From Mycobacteriales bacterium (GTDB lineage: Bacteria; Actinomycetota; Actinomycetes; JAFAQI01), in contig DASZTL010000078.1 in NCBI GenBank assembly GCA_035548055.1, positions 988 to 64,987 on the forward strand: a stretch of 64,000 nucleotides of DNA, written 5' to 3'. Numbering within the stretch: the first letter of the stretch is position 1; each line of letters begins with the position of its first letter. The translations under genes and the position numbers were made by a program. Positions 48,795 through 58,248 of this stretch are shown here, piece by piece. Under the pieces are notes generated by a model, which worked only from the letters and a program-made list of their open reading frames with translations, was not told the origin of the DNA and searched no databases.

Positions 48795-49253
48795 CTACCG
48801 GCGGGCGGCGAACCAGTCGGCCAGCAGTGCGCCGCACTCGTCCGCCAGCACGCCGCTCACCACCTCGGGGCGGTGGTTGAGCCGGCGGTCCCGAACGACG
48901 TCCCACAGCGAGCCGACCGCGCCAGCCTTCGGATCCGCTGCACCGTAGACGAGCCGGTCGAGTCGAGCGAGGACTGCCGCGCCGGCGCACATCGTGCACG
49001 GCTCAAGGGTGACGACCAACGTGAGTCCATCGAGGCGCCAGGACTTGCGAGCCGCTGCTGCCTCGCGGATCGCGACCACCTCTGCGTGCGCGGTCGGGTC
49101 GACCTTGAGCTCACGTTGGTTGTGGCCGCGGCCCACCACGGCACCGTCACCGTCGATCACGACCGCGCCGATCGGCACGTCACCAGCGGAGTCGGCCAGC
49201 CTCGCCTCGTCCAAGGCGGCGCGCATCGCCACGGCAAGCTGTGAGTCGGGCAA
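48795..49253 (-). CDS. tadA: tRNA adenosine(34) deaminase
   Basis: Has HAEVVAI and PCTMCAGA (CDA zinc motifs). Confidence 0.9.
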   Translation of the reverse strand: MPDSQLAVAMRAALDEARLADSAGDVPIGAVVIDGDGAVVGRGHNQRELKVDPTAHAEVVAIREAAAARKSWRLDGLTLVVTLEPCTMCAGAAVLARLDRLVYGAADPKAGAVGSLWDVVRDRRLNHRPEVVSGVLADECGALLADWFAARR

Positions 49254-49257
49254 GCGG

Positions 49258-49815
49258 CTACTCGCCGCGCAGCTTCTCCAGCACGTCGAGGCACCCTGCG
49301 GCCTCGCACAGCGCGGCGATGACGTCAGCCGGAAGGGCGCCTTCCTCGGCGCACAACGCCAGCAGCTTCGACGACGACGTACCGAGATCGCTCATCACGG
49401 CCGTGTCACCGGCCGGGTCACCATCCGCGAGGACGGCGTCGTCACCGTCGTCTTCGATGTCTTCCTCATCCTCGACATCATCGGTCTCGCTAGCGACCGG
49501 AACATCGATCGCACCCTCAGCAAGCAACGCCGCGATGTCGCTCGACGCGACCACGCGAGCATCCGAGACAAAGACGCGCGGGTCGCCATCGGCATCGATT
49601 CTCAGGATCCCGAACCACTCGTCGTCCTCTTCTACGAAGAGGACGCCCGTATCCGCGTCATCGCCGATGACCTCTCGCACCATCTCGACGACGCTGTCAA
49701 GGTCCTCGAGCTCATCGAGGGAGACGTCATCGCCGAACCAGTTGGAGTCGACTCGCGCGAGCGCGGAGGCCACATACGTCAAGGCGTACACCTTTCGATC
49801 TGTACGTCGAAGCAC
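49258..49815 (-). CDS. tRNA-adenosine-deaminase-associated protein family (acidic)
   Basis: Reads ..YVASALARVDSNWFGDDVSLDELEDLDSVVEMVRE.., with an acidic middle and ..LCEAAGCLDVLEKL... The true start is probably the internal GTG near 49791. Confidence 0.75.
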   Translation of the reverse strand: MLRRTDRKVYALTYVASALARVDSNWFGDDVSLDELEDLDSVVEMVREVIGDDADTGVLFVEEDDEWFGILRIDADGDPRVFVSDARVVASSDIAALLAEGAIDVPVASETDDVEDEEDIEDDGDDAVLADGDPAGDTAVMSDLGTSSSKLLALCAEEGALPADVIAALCEAAGCLDVLEKLRGE

Positions 49816-49819
49816 CGGG

Positions 49820-50308
49820 TCAATGGATCGCCGCTTCCAGTGCGCGATCGTAGACGTCCGCGAAGCCCAGGCGGTCGGCCACGCTGATCAACATCTCGTC
49901 GGCGTACGCATCGAGGTCGTCGAGCAGAGCGCCGAGGTCCATCTCGTCGAGGCCGAGGTCGGCGAAGATCGCGACGTCGCCGGCCGGCCAGATGTCATCC
50001 TCTTCCCCGTCGTCGGGTGTCTCTAGGCCCAAACGATCCGTCACCTGTCGCGCCAGGTCCCACGCGACCGCAGCCGAGGCGTCCGACAACATCATCCGCA
50101 CGTCGTCACCGCGTACCCGCAGTGCGACGAAGAACTCATCTGCGACATTGACAAGTCCAATCGCGCCGTTTTCGGCGGGTTGCTGTCGCAGCACCTTGAT
50201 CAGCGCGTCGAGATCGTCAGCTATCCGCTCGGGCAGAACGTCCCCCCGCCACGTGCCGTCCTCGCGATAGACGACGATGGCCACGCTGTCTCGCGCCTGA
50301 CCACCCAT
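49820..50308 (-). CDS. Second paralogue of the deaminase-associated acidic protein family
   Basis: Reads ..VAIVVYREDGTWRGDVLPERIADDLDALIKVLRQ... It has the same layout as the downstream gene. Confidence 0.7.
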   Translation of the reverse strand: MGGQARDSVAIVVYREDGTWRGDVLPERIADDLDALIKVLRQQPAENGAIGLVNVADEFFVALRVRGDDVRMMLSDASAAVAWDLARQVTDRLGLETPDDGEEDDIWPAGDVAIFADLGLDEMDLGALLDDLDAYADEMLISVADRLGFADVYDRALEAAIH

Positions 50309-50386
50309 CGCGTCGCCTCCTCGGCCGGTGTCCGCATCGTGGCAGATCCGGCAGGCGAGGCCAATAGGAGATCTGGCCCGGGCGGG

Positions 50387-50599
50387 CTACTCCGGCGTCA
50401 GGCCCGGGTCGTTCGATGCCGAATCCGGCTCCAGCTCGGACGAACCGCCCATCCGGCTCGGCGTCCCAAAGCCGATGTAGGACAGCGACCAGGCGCGCCG
50501 ACAGGACTGGCACCACCACGCGCCGTGCCGGTCGGCGTAGGGCTGCAGGTCTTCGTCCCCGCAGTACGGGCAGTAGAACGGGACTGCCCGAGTCGTCAT
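50387..50599 (-). CDS. Small CxxC..CxxC zinc-ribbon/ferredoxin-like protein downstream of sulfite reductase (CysX-like, as I recall from C. glutamicum)
   Basis: 70 aa: MTTRAVPFYCPYCGDEDLQPYADRHGAWWCQSCRRAW... ORF trimmed to ATG 50599, 10 nt after the sirA stop. Confidence 0.6.
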   Translation of the reverse strand: MTTRAVPFYCPYCGDEDLQPYADRHGAWWCQSCRRAWSLSYIGFGTPSRMGGSSELEPDSASNDPGLTPE

Positions 50600-50609
50600 C
50601 TGGGCAGTC

Positions 50610-52253
50610 CTACTGGACGAGCGCTTCGTCGGCGCGACGGACCCAGGTGGCGAACCGCTCGCCGTCCTCGCGATCGTTGAGGTAGTTGCGCAGGACCCGC
50701 TCGACATAGTCGGGCAGCTCCGCGGTGGTCACCTTGAGGCCACGCAGCTTGCGTCCCACCCCGGAGTCGTAGCCCAGTGCGCCACCGAGGTGGACCTGAA
50801 AGCCCTCACCGCCGTCGACGATCATGCCCTTGAGACCGATGTCGGCGACCTGGAACCGAGCGCAGGCGTTGGGGCAGCCGTTGAGCGCGATCTGGATCGG
50901 AGTGTCGAAGTCGGGCAGCCGCTTCTCCAGCTCGTTGTAGAGGTCGATCGCCCGGCCCTTGGTCTCGACGATCGCGAGCTTGCAGAACTCCAGCCCGGTG
51001 CACGCGATCGCACCGCGGCGGAACGCACTCGGGTTCACCGGCAGGTCCCGCGCCTCCAGCTCTGCCACGAGGGCCTCGGTCTCCGAGTCCGGTACGTCGA
51101 AGATGACCATCTTCTGCTCGACCGTGAGGGCCACCCGCCCACTGCCGTGACGCTCGGCCAGGTCGGCCAGTGCCGCCAGCTCGGTGCCGTTGCTGCGTCC
51201 GGTCCGGAAGGCGAACCCGACGTAGTTGTTGCCGTCCTTCTGCTTGTTGACGCCGACGTGGTCACGCGGGCCTGGGGCGGCCTTGGCTTCCGGCCCGTCC
51301 TCGAGCTTGCGGCCGAGGAAGTCCTCCCCCTCGAGGATCTCGCGGAACTTCTCGACACCCCAGTCGTCGAGGAGGAACTTGAGGCGCGCCCGGTTGCGAG
51401 AGCGGCGGTAGCCCCAGTCACGGAAGACCTTGGTGACAGCCGACCAGACCTCGACGGTGTCCTCCGGCGGTACGAACACGCCGAGCCGCTGGGCGAGCTT
51501 CGGGTTGGTGGACAGGCCGCCGCCGATCCAGAGGTCGAAGCCAACCCGGCCGTCGTCGTGACGCACCCCGACGAATGACACGTCATTGATCTCGTGCAGC
51601 GTGCAATGTTTGGAGCAGGCACTGACGGCGGTCTTGTACTTGCGCGGCAGATTCGAGAACTCCGGATTGAGCAAGCCGAACTTGTTCACCGCAAGCAGGT
51701 ACTCGGTGGCATCGAAGATCTCGTCGGCCTCGACGCCCGCAACCGGGCAGCCGAGCATGTTGCGGGGCGTGTCGCCGCAGGCCTCGCCGGTGGACAGCCC
51801 GACCTCTTCCAGCCGGCGCCAGATCTCCGGCACGTCTTCGATCCTGATCCAGTGCAGCTGGATGTTCTGCCGGTCGGTGATGTCGGCGAGGTCGCGGCCG
51901 AACTCGGTGGCGATCTGCGCGATCACCCGGAGCTGCTGGTTCGACAGCAGACCGCCGGGGATGCGGACCCGCATCATGAAGTAGGAGTCGTCGAGCTCTT
52001 CCGGCTCCAGGATCGCGGTCTTGCCGCCGTCGATGCCCTGCCGGCGCTGGGTGTACAGGCCCCACCATCGCATCCGGCCGCGGAGGTCGCTCGCGTCGAT
52101 CGAGTCGAACCCGGCTTTCGAGTAGATGTTCTCGATTCGGGCCCGAACGTTGAGGCCGTCGTCGTCCTTCTTGAGCCGCTCCTGTGGTGTCAGCGGCTCC
52201 AGGTGGCCCATGGCCCACTGACCCTGACCGGCGCTGCGGCGTGCGGGAGGCAT
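50610..52253 (-). CDS. sirA: Ferredoxin-dependent sulfite reductase (siroheme/4Fe-4S)
   Basis: The N-terminus ..GQGQWAMGHLEPL..VRARIENIYSKAGFDSIDASDLRGRMRWWGLYTQR.. tracks M. tuberculosis SirA as I recall it. Cluster Cys motifs CTGLEFC and NGCPNAC. Confidence 0.95.
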   Translation of the reverse strand: MPPARRSAGQGQWAMGHLEPLTPQERLKKDDDGLNVRARIENIYSKAGFDSIDASDLRGRMRWWGLYTQRRQGIDGGKTAILEPEELDDSYFMMRVRIPGGLLSNQQLRVIAQIATEFGRDLADITDRQNIQLHWIRIEDVPEIWRRLEEVGLSTGEACGDTPRNMLGCPVAGVEADEIFDATEYLLAVNKFGLLNPEFSNLPRKYKTAVSACSKHCTLHEINDVSFVGVRHDDGRVGFDLWIGGGLSTNPKLAQRLGVFVPPEDTVEVWSAVTKVFRDWGYRRSRNRARLKFLLDDWGVEKFREILEGEDFLGRKLEDGPEAKAAPGPRDHVGVNKQKDGNNYVGFAFRTGRSNGTELAALADLAERHGSGRVALTVEQKMVIFDVPDSETEALVAELEARDLPVNPSAFRRGAIACTGLEFCKLAIVETKGRAIDLYNELEKRLPDFDTPIQIALNGCPNACARFQVADIGLKGMIVDGGEGFQVHLGGALGYDSGVGRKLRGLKVTTAELPDYVERVLRNYLNDREDGERFATWVRRADEALVQ

Positions 52254-52479
52254 AAAAGTAAGGCTTCCTGAGTGGGTGAGATGCGCGAGACGGCGTTGTC
52301 TCGAAGGATGGAACAGGCCTGGTGACGCAGGTCCTGTCGTGTGCCAGACTACCTATATGTCCTCACCGGTGCTTCTGGTGGCGCGTCTGCACGTGGATCT
52401 GCAGCGCGTCTCTAGCGCCGTGTGTCGCATGCGCTGATCTCAAGCGCCCGCGACCCTTCTAGCTTCCCGAGGACACTCG

Positions 52480-53241
52480 ATGAACACCCCTGTGAGCGAC
52501 ATCGCGTCGCCAGGAACATTGTCGTTCCTGCACCACGACGACACGTCGCTGGAAGACCTTTACGACGCCTCGGACGGCTTGATCCATCTGGCGCAGCACG
52601 CCGGCGTGGCGCTCGAGGGCGCCACCCCGCAGGAGATCATCCGATGGGCCCACGATCGCTTCGGGCAGCGCTTCGCGATCGCAGCCTCGATGGCCGACGG
52701 CGTGATGGCCCACCTGGCCGGAACGGTTGCGCCCGGAATCCGGGTGCTCTTCCTCGACACCGGGTACCACTTCGCCGAAACGCTCGGTACGGCCGCCGCT
52801 GTGGAAGCCACCTTGCCGATCGACCTCGTGCGGGTGACGCCGCACCTGTCGGTTTGCGAGCAGGACGCAGCGTTCGGCAAGGACCTGTTCGCTCGGGATC
52901 CCGACCTTTGCTGCGCGATGCGTAAGGTCGCTCCACTCACCAAGGCACTCGCGCCATACGTCGCGTGGGCCTCCGGCATCCGGCGTGACGAGACTGAGAA
53001 CCGCGCCGGCGTTCGCGTCGTCGAGTGGGACGACCGGCACCAGATGATCAAGGTCAACCCGATCGCGGCGTGGACACAGGATGACGTGGACCGCTACACG
53101 CGGGACAACAATGTGCTGGTCAACCCGCTGATCTCCGAGGGCTACGGCTCGATCGGCTGTGCGCCCTGCACCCGCAAGGGCGAGGGCCGTTCCGGCCGCT
53201 GGCTCGGCCTTCCCAAGGTGGAGTGCGGCTTGCACGAGTGA
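52480..53241 (+). CDS. cysH: Adenosine-5'-phosphosulfate (APS/PAPS) reductase, Fe-S type
   Basis: Has ..LFLDTGYHF.., CC pair DLCCAMRKV, ..SIGCAPCT.. and C-terminal ECGLH. Confidence 0.95.
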   Translation: MNTPVSDIASPGTLSFLHHDDTSLEDLYDASDGLIHLAQHAGVALEGATPQEIIRWAHDRFGQRFAIAASMADGVMAHLAGTVAPGIRVLFLDTGYHFAETLGTAAAVEATLPIDLVRVTPHLSVCEQDAAFGKDLFARDPDLCCAMRKVAPLTKALAPYVAWASGIRRDETENRAGVRVVEWDDRHQMIKVNPIAAWTQDDVDRYTRDNNVLVNPLISEGYGSIGCAPCTRKGEGRSGRWLGLPKVECGLHE

Positions 53242-53864
53242 GGACGCTCGTCCTCGCTGCGCACGGCAGCGCCGATCCCGGCTATACCGCCGTCTTCGAC
53301 TGGGTTGCGGATCGCATCGTCGGCAACCGGCCCGACCAGGACGTCCAGGTCGGGTATCTCGACCACTGCGAGCCGCGGCTCACCGACCTGCCGACGGACG
53401 GTGCCGTCGTCGTGCCGATGCTGCTGTCGACGGGCCACCACCTGACCAGCGACATCCCGGCGGCGGCACCGAAGGCGATCGTCGCCGCGCCGATCGGACC
53501 GGACCCCCGGCTGATCGCCGTCGTCGCGGACCGGCTGCGGGAGGCGGGCTGGTCGGCCGGCACTCCGGTCGTGTTGGCGGCCGCGGGCTCGCGGGACGAG
53601 CGCGCAGTCAACGACGTCCATCGTGCTGCAGCGCAGCTCGCGGAGCTGATCGACGTCGAGGTGACCGCCGGATTCGCCGGCGCAGGTGAGCCGGCACTTG
53701 CCGCATTGCGGCCCGCCGCGGTCGCGACGTACCTGCTCGCGCCGGGTCACTTCGCCGACCTCATCGCCGCCTGCGGCGCGCCGGTCATCAGCCCGCCGAT
53801 CGGTCCGGACCCGCGCATCGCCGACATCGTGATGAGGCGCTACGACGACGCCGTCGCCTGGTGA
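53238..53864 (+). CDS. Sirohydrochlorin chelatase (CbiX/Che1-like)
   Basis: Reads VRTLVLAAHGSADPG.., with a second half ..PVVLAAAGSRDERA... GTGA overlap with the cysH stop. Confidence 0.8.
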   Translation: MRTLVLAAHGSADPGYTAVFDWVADRIVGNRPDQDVQVGYLDHCEPRLTDLPTDGAVVVPMLLSTGHHLTSDIPAAAPKAIVAAPIGPDPRLIAVVADRLREAGWSAGTPVVLAAAGSRDERAVNDVHRAAAQLAELIDVEVTAGFAGAGEPALAALRPAAVATYLLAPGHFADLIAACGAPVISPPIGPDPRIADIVMRRYDDAVAW

Positions 53865-54385
53865 TCCTTCATCGTGCGGTAGCCCGGATGTACGCCGCCC
53901 GCGATCTCGTGGTCGCTCATCAGTCGCTCCAGCAGCTGCTTGAGCTGCGCCCGCTCCGCCTGGCTGAGTGACTTCAGTAGGTCCTGTTCGGACTCTCGGC
54001 CGATGTCTGCGATCTGCCGCATCACCTTCTCGCCCTTGCTGGTGAGGTACAGGTTGTGGGCCCGTCGGTCCTTCGCGTCGCGACGCCGCTCGACCAGCCC
54101 GGCATGCTCGAGGTCGTCGATGAAGGCGACCAACCGGCTCGGCGGGATGCCGAACTCCTCGGCGACGGCCTGCTGGCTGCGACCCGGCACCACACTGATT
54201 CCCCGGAGCAGGCCGACGTGCGGCGGCGTGAGGGCGAGCGGTGCGAGCCTGCGGGCAAAGCTCATCGCCGAGTGTGCACCGAGTGCCGACAGGAGAAACC
54301 CCACGCCGATGACTTCAGGCGGGCCCGACCGTCTTGTCTCGCGGGCGGGCGGACCGCCAGATCCGGTCTCGTCCCGCCCAGTCAT
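53840..54385 (-). CDS. MarR-family transcriptional regulator
   Basis: Reads ..LTPPHVGLLRGI..RSQQAVAEEFGIPPSRLVAFIDDLEHAGLVERRRDAKDRRAHNLYLT... ATG 54385 has no SD sequence and the gene may be leaderless. Confidence 0.85.
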   Translation of the reverse strand: MTGRDETGSGGPPARETRRSGPPEVIGVGFLLSALGAHSAMSFARRLAPLALTPPHVGLLRGISVVPGRSQQAVAEEFGIPPSRLVAFIDDLEHAGLVERRRDAKDRRAHNLYLTSKGEKVMRQIADIGRESEQDLLKSLSQAERAQLKQLLERLMSDHEIAGGVHPGYRTMKDHQATASS

Positions 54386-54476
54386 GTGCTCAATAATACA
54401 TTTGAACAATCATTCGAAGTCTGAACTATTCTCAGGCGACGAAAAGATTCCCAGACGTCGAAGGGGCGGGTTCTTG

Positions 54477-56621
54477 ATGAGTGAGACGGCAACCGTGGAG
54501 CCGACCAACGTCTTCGGGCGACTCACGGCCTTCGTGCTGCACCACCGCCGCTGGGTGATGGTGGGCTGGCTCCTCATCTTCATCGCGGGGGGCGCGGGGG
54601 CCGGCAAGGTGCAGGACCGGCTGTCCGTGGACTTCTCGCTCCCCGGCCAGCCGGGCTACACCACCGCCAAGGCGCTGCTGCAGACCTACGGACCGAACAG
54701 CGGGCTGGGGATCACGAGCGTCGCAGTCCTGCAGGCACCGGAGGGGCAGACTGCCGCGTCACAGACCGCCGCGCTCTCTCAGGTTGCGCCGGCAATCGAC
54801 AAGGCCCTGCCGGGCTCGCGAGTGATCGACTACGCCAACACCCACGACCAGCGGTTCATCGGCAGGGACGGCCGCACGACAATCGCCCTCGTCATCACGA
54901 AGTTGCCGAACTCCTTCTCCGACGACCCCACCGACGACCTGAAGGCCGCCGTCCACACCGCGCTGCCCACATGGCACACCGACATCACGGGGATGCAGCA
55001 ACTGGCGTCCGGCGGTGACTCGAGCGGGCCAGGGGTCTTCGCCGAGACCTTGCTCGGCGCTGGTGGTGCGCTGATCGTGCTGGCCTTCGTCTTCGCCTCG
55101 TTCCTCGCCCTGTTGCCGATGATCGTCGCCGCAGTGTCGATCCTGACGACGCTGCTGATCGTGCTCGGCCTGACGACGTTCACCGAGGTGTCATTCATCG
55201 TCGAGTTCCTCGTCTCACTCGTCGGCCTCGGACTCGCAATCGACTACAGCTTGTTGTTCGTCACGCGATGGCGCGAGGAACGCGAGCATGGACGCGACAA
55301 CCATTCCGCCGTCATCCGGGCCGCCGAGACAGCCGGCCGGACGGTAGCGGTGTCCGGACTGACCGTCGGCATCGGGCTGCTCGCACTCATCGTGCTGCCG
55401 GTGCCGGGGATGCGCAGCGTGGGTATCGGCGGCGCGCTCATCCCGCTCGTCTCCACCATCGTCGTCCTTACCTTCTTGCCGGCGCTGCTCGGCGGGATCG
55501 GCCCCCGCATCGACTGGCCACGCATTCGCCACGAGGCGAACGCCAGCCGTACCTGGACGCGGTGGGCGCATGGCGTCGTGAAACAACGATGGGCCGGGGC
55601 CGGAGTGGCTGTCGTCATCCTCGGCGTGATGCTCGCTCCCGCGTTCGGGCTGAAGGTCGGCGAGACCAGCGTCCAGGCCCTTGCCAAGACCGGCAATGCG
55701 CATCAGGCCTTCGTCGACATGACCAGTCAGGGCATCAGTCCCGGCGTCCTCACGCCGCTGGAGGTGCTGACCAAGACGCCAGATGCGCCGGAGGTGCTGA
55801 AAGCGATCAACGCGACCGACGGAGTATCCGCTGCTGTCCTGCCCGAAGGGCCCGTCGCCAACAAGAACGGCCTCTCGGACATCATCGTCGTGCCGAATGT
55901 TGTGACCGCCAACACCGACACCCTCGCCCCGGTTCGTGCCGTGCAAGCGACGGTGAACCAGTTCCCGTCAGTAGTCGGTGTCGCAGGTGAAGGCCCGACG
56001 CAGCAGGACTACATCCACTCGGTCTACGGCAACTTTCCGTTGATGTTCACGATCATCGCCATCCTGACGTTGATCCTGCTGATGCGGGCCTTCCGGTCCT
56101 TCGTGCTCGCGCTGAAGGCTGTGGTGCTCAACGTCATCTCGATGGCGGCAACCTTCGGGTTCCTTACCTGGTTCTGGCAGAGCGGACACGGCTCGAACGC
56201 CATCTTCGACGTGCCGGCGACCGGCGCGATCACGTTCTGGATCCCGCTGATGGTCTTCGCCTTCCTGTTCGGCCTGTCGATGGACTACGAGGTGTTCATC
56301 CTGAGCCGGATCCGCGAAGAGTACGACGAAGCCGGAGAAGAGGCCGGAACGAACAGTGCCGTCATCCGCGGTCTCGGCCGCACCGGCAGGCTGGTCACGA
56401 GCGCGGCGCTCATCCTGTTCCTCGCCTTCGCGGCCCTGGCCTCCGGTCCGCAAACCGACATCAAGGTGATGGGCACCGGGCTCGGCGTCGGGATCTTGCT
56501 CGACGCGACGCTCGTACGGGCGCTGCTCGTCCCGGCGCTGATGTCACTCATGGGCCGCTGGAACTGGTGGCTGCCCGCTCCACTCGCCCGAATCCTGAGA
56601 GTGGAGCCGAGTCCGATCTAG
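54477..56621 (+). CDS. MMPL-family (RND-like) transporter
   Basis: About 12 TM segments with two large loops. Repeated ..AIDYSLLFVTRWREE.. and ..SMDYEVFILSRIREE.. motifs. ORF 53940..56621 trimmed to ATG 54477. Confidence 0.9.
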   Translation: MSETATVEPTNVFGRLTAFVLHHRRWVMVGWLLIFIAGGAGAGKVQDRLSVDFSLPGQPGYTTAKALLQTYGPNSGLGITSVAVLQAPEGQTAASQTAALSQVAPAIDKALPGSRVIDYANTHDQRFIGRDGRTTIALVITKLPNSFSDDPTDDLKAAVHTALPTWHTDITGMQQLASGGDSSGPGVFAETLLGAGGALIVLAFVFASFLALLPMIVAAVSILTTLLIVLGLTTFTEVSFIVEFLVSLVGLGLAIDYSLLFVTRWREEREHGRDNHSAVIRAAETAGRTVAVSGLTVGIGLLALIVLPVPGMRSVGIGGALIPLVSTIVVLTFLPALLGGIGPRIDWPRIRHEANASRTWTRWAHGVVKQRWAGAGVAVVILGVMLAPAFGLKVGETSVQALAKTGNAHQAFVDMTSQGISPGVLTPLEVLTKTPDAPEVLKAINATDGVSAAVLPEGPVANKNGLSDIIVVPNVVTANTDTLAPVRAVQATVNQFPSVVGVAGEGPTQQDYIHSVYGNFPLMFTIIAILTLILLMRAFRSFVLALKAVVLNVISMAATFGFLTWFWQSGHGSNAIFDVPATGAITFWIPLMVFAFLFGLSMDYEVFILSRIREEYDEAGEEAGTNSAVIRGLGRTGRLVTSAALILFLAFAALASGPQTDIKVMGTGLGVGILLDATLVRALLVPALMSLMGRWNWWLPAPLARILRVEPSPI

Positions 56622-57139
56622 CTGACGGAGATGCCGACGCCGCCTCGGGTCGTTGCGCCGTACCGCGCCTTGGTCGCGGTGAGGTCCAGCGGCCCGATGC
56701 GGGTTCGGGCGTCCTTCGCGTCGTCCGTCAGGAGGTCGGCTGGAATGATCCAGGCGACCTCGAACTCGAGGCCGTCCGGGTCGTGTGCGTAGAGGCTCTT
56801 CGTCGTGCCGTGGTCCGATGCGCCGACCAGCGCGCCGGCTTCAGACAGCCCAGCCGCGAGGCGCTCGAGCTCGTCGAGGGTGTCGACCTCCCAAGCGAGG
56901 TGGTACAGCCCGACAGTGGTCTGACCGGCGTCTGAGGACCGCAGTCGGTCACCGAGCGCGAACAGCCCGAGGTCGTGGTCGTTCGTCGACCCTGGCGCGC
57001 GAAGGAATGCGGCCCCCGAGAAGCCAGCGGGGGTCATCTCCTCGATGCGACTGAAACCCAGCACCCCGACGTAGAAGTCAAGGCTGCGCTGCAGGTCACG
57101 GACGTAGAGGACCGCATGGTTCAGTCGAACGATTGGCAT
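56618..57139 (-). CDS. VOC/glyoxalase-family (extradiol-dioxygenase-like) protein
   Basis: Reads MPIVRLNHAVLYVRDLQRSLDFY.. and ..LYHLAWEV... Confidence 0.85.
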   Translation of the reverse strand: MPIVRLNHAVLYVRDLQRSLDFYVGVLGFSRIEEMTPAGFSGAAFLRAPGSTNDHDLGLFALGDRLRSSDAGQTTVGLYHLAWEVDTLDELERLAAGLSEAGALVGASDHGTTKSLYAHDPDGLEFEVAWIIPADLLTDDAKDARTRIGPLDLTATKARYGATTRGGVGISVS

Positions 57140-57147
57140 GTCTCTCC

Positions 57148-58224
57148 CTACGAGATCGTGCTCGACGTGAGCGAACCGTTCGAGTTGTTGGCGATCTTGA
57201 TCGCACCGAAGATCTGCTCGTGAACGGCAAGGTGCTTGGTGCCGTTCTTGTACTTGGCGTTCCGCCAGAACGTCGTGGTCTCGACCTTCTTCTTGGTGCC
57301 GTCCTTGCAGTTGTTGCTGTCCGTGCTGCTGGACTTTCCGATTAGCTTCGCTCTACCGGATGAGTTGGTGTCGGCCTTCACCGAGAGTGACGCCCCACCA
57401 CCGCTCGTGGTCGTGAGCTTGAGGGGCTTCGTCGTCGCGAACGACTCGTCGTTGCGCGTCGCGCCCGGCGGGGTGCTCAGGTCGACGGTTCGTGACGCGA
57501 TCAGCTCGCCATGCCTCCCCGCGGTCACGCCCTCGAAGTTGAGAGCCCCACCCTTCTCGTTGGTCGACCAGAAGACACCCGACGGGCAGGGCAGGTTGTT
57601 GAAGTCCACGCACGCCGAGCCTGCGCCAGGGTTGTACTGGGACACCACTTTGTTCGGCGATCCGAAGCTGAACGGCTCCGTCGTGCTTCCGACGGTGCCC
57701 CAGGCTCTTCGTCCCTTCGACCTGGTGTCGAAGAAGAAGGTCCCGGTCAGCGAGACGGCTTGGGTCCGCGACACATTCTGTCCCTTGCAGGTCTGCGTCG
57801 TCGGGTCACCGACCGGAGCACTCGTCAGCGAGATCTGACCGAACGGCGACATCGCAGAATCCGGAACGTCGACCGTCCCCGCGCCGCTCGCATCGAGCTG
57901 CAAAGCGGCGGCCGTCACCGGGAATGTCCATACGTGCAGCTCACTCGTCTCCGATGAGCCCTTACGGAGCGTGATGGTGGCCGTCGCTCCCGACGGTGCC
58001 GCGGCGGGCTGCTCGACATTGAGCTGGACCTGCAGCTTTCGCCCCGTCGAGGACACGACATGCGTGTAGCTGCTCTGCAACGACTGCGACGTCACGGCGT
58101 CCGTCGCCGGCGCGGCGAGGGCTGACGGCACCGCGATGATGCCGCTGCCGATCACCGCAACGGCGGCCACCATCGGAGCCAGGGCCCGTTTCGACCTGCC
58201 GGCCACCTCGCGACCCGTGCCCAT
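57148..58224 (-). CDS. Secreted protein of unknown function, compositionally atypical
   Basis: Signal peptide ..AVPSALAAPA. The protein is Ser/Thr/Asn/Lys-rich and beta-rich, with 5 Cys. The DNA is visibly lower in G+C than its neighbours. Confidence 0.65.
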   Translation of the reverse strand: MGTGREVAGRSKRALAPMVAAVAVIGSGIIAVPSALAAPATDAVTSQSLQSSYTHVVSSTGRKLQVQLNVEQPAAAPSGATATITLRKGSSETSELHVWTFPVTAAALQLDASGAGTVDVPDSAMSPFGQISLTSAPVGDPTTQTCKGQNVSRTQAVSLTGTFFFDTRSKGRRAWGTVGSTTEPFSFGSPNKVVSQYNPGAGSACVDFNNLPCPSGVFWSTNEKGGALNFEGVTAGRHGELIASRTVDLSTPPGATRNDESFATTKPLKLTTTSGGGASLSVKADTNSSGRAKLIGKSSSTDSNNCKDGTKKKVETTTFWRNAKYKNGTKHLAVHEQIFGAIKIANNSNGSLTSSTIS

Positions 58225-58248
58225 CGGTCCCCTCTCCCCAAATCTCCG

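Noticed and set aside
52290-52334. 14-codon uORF (MRETALSRRMEQAW) in the sirA/cysH control region as a possible Cys-responsive leader peptide
   Set aside because: It has no Cys codons, no convincing SD sequence and no attenuator-like alternative pairing. It is most likely fortuitous.
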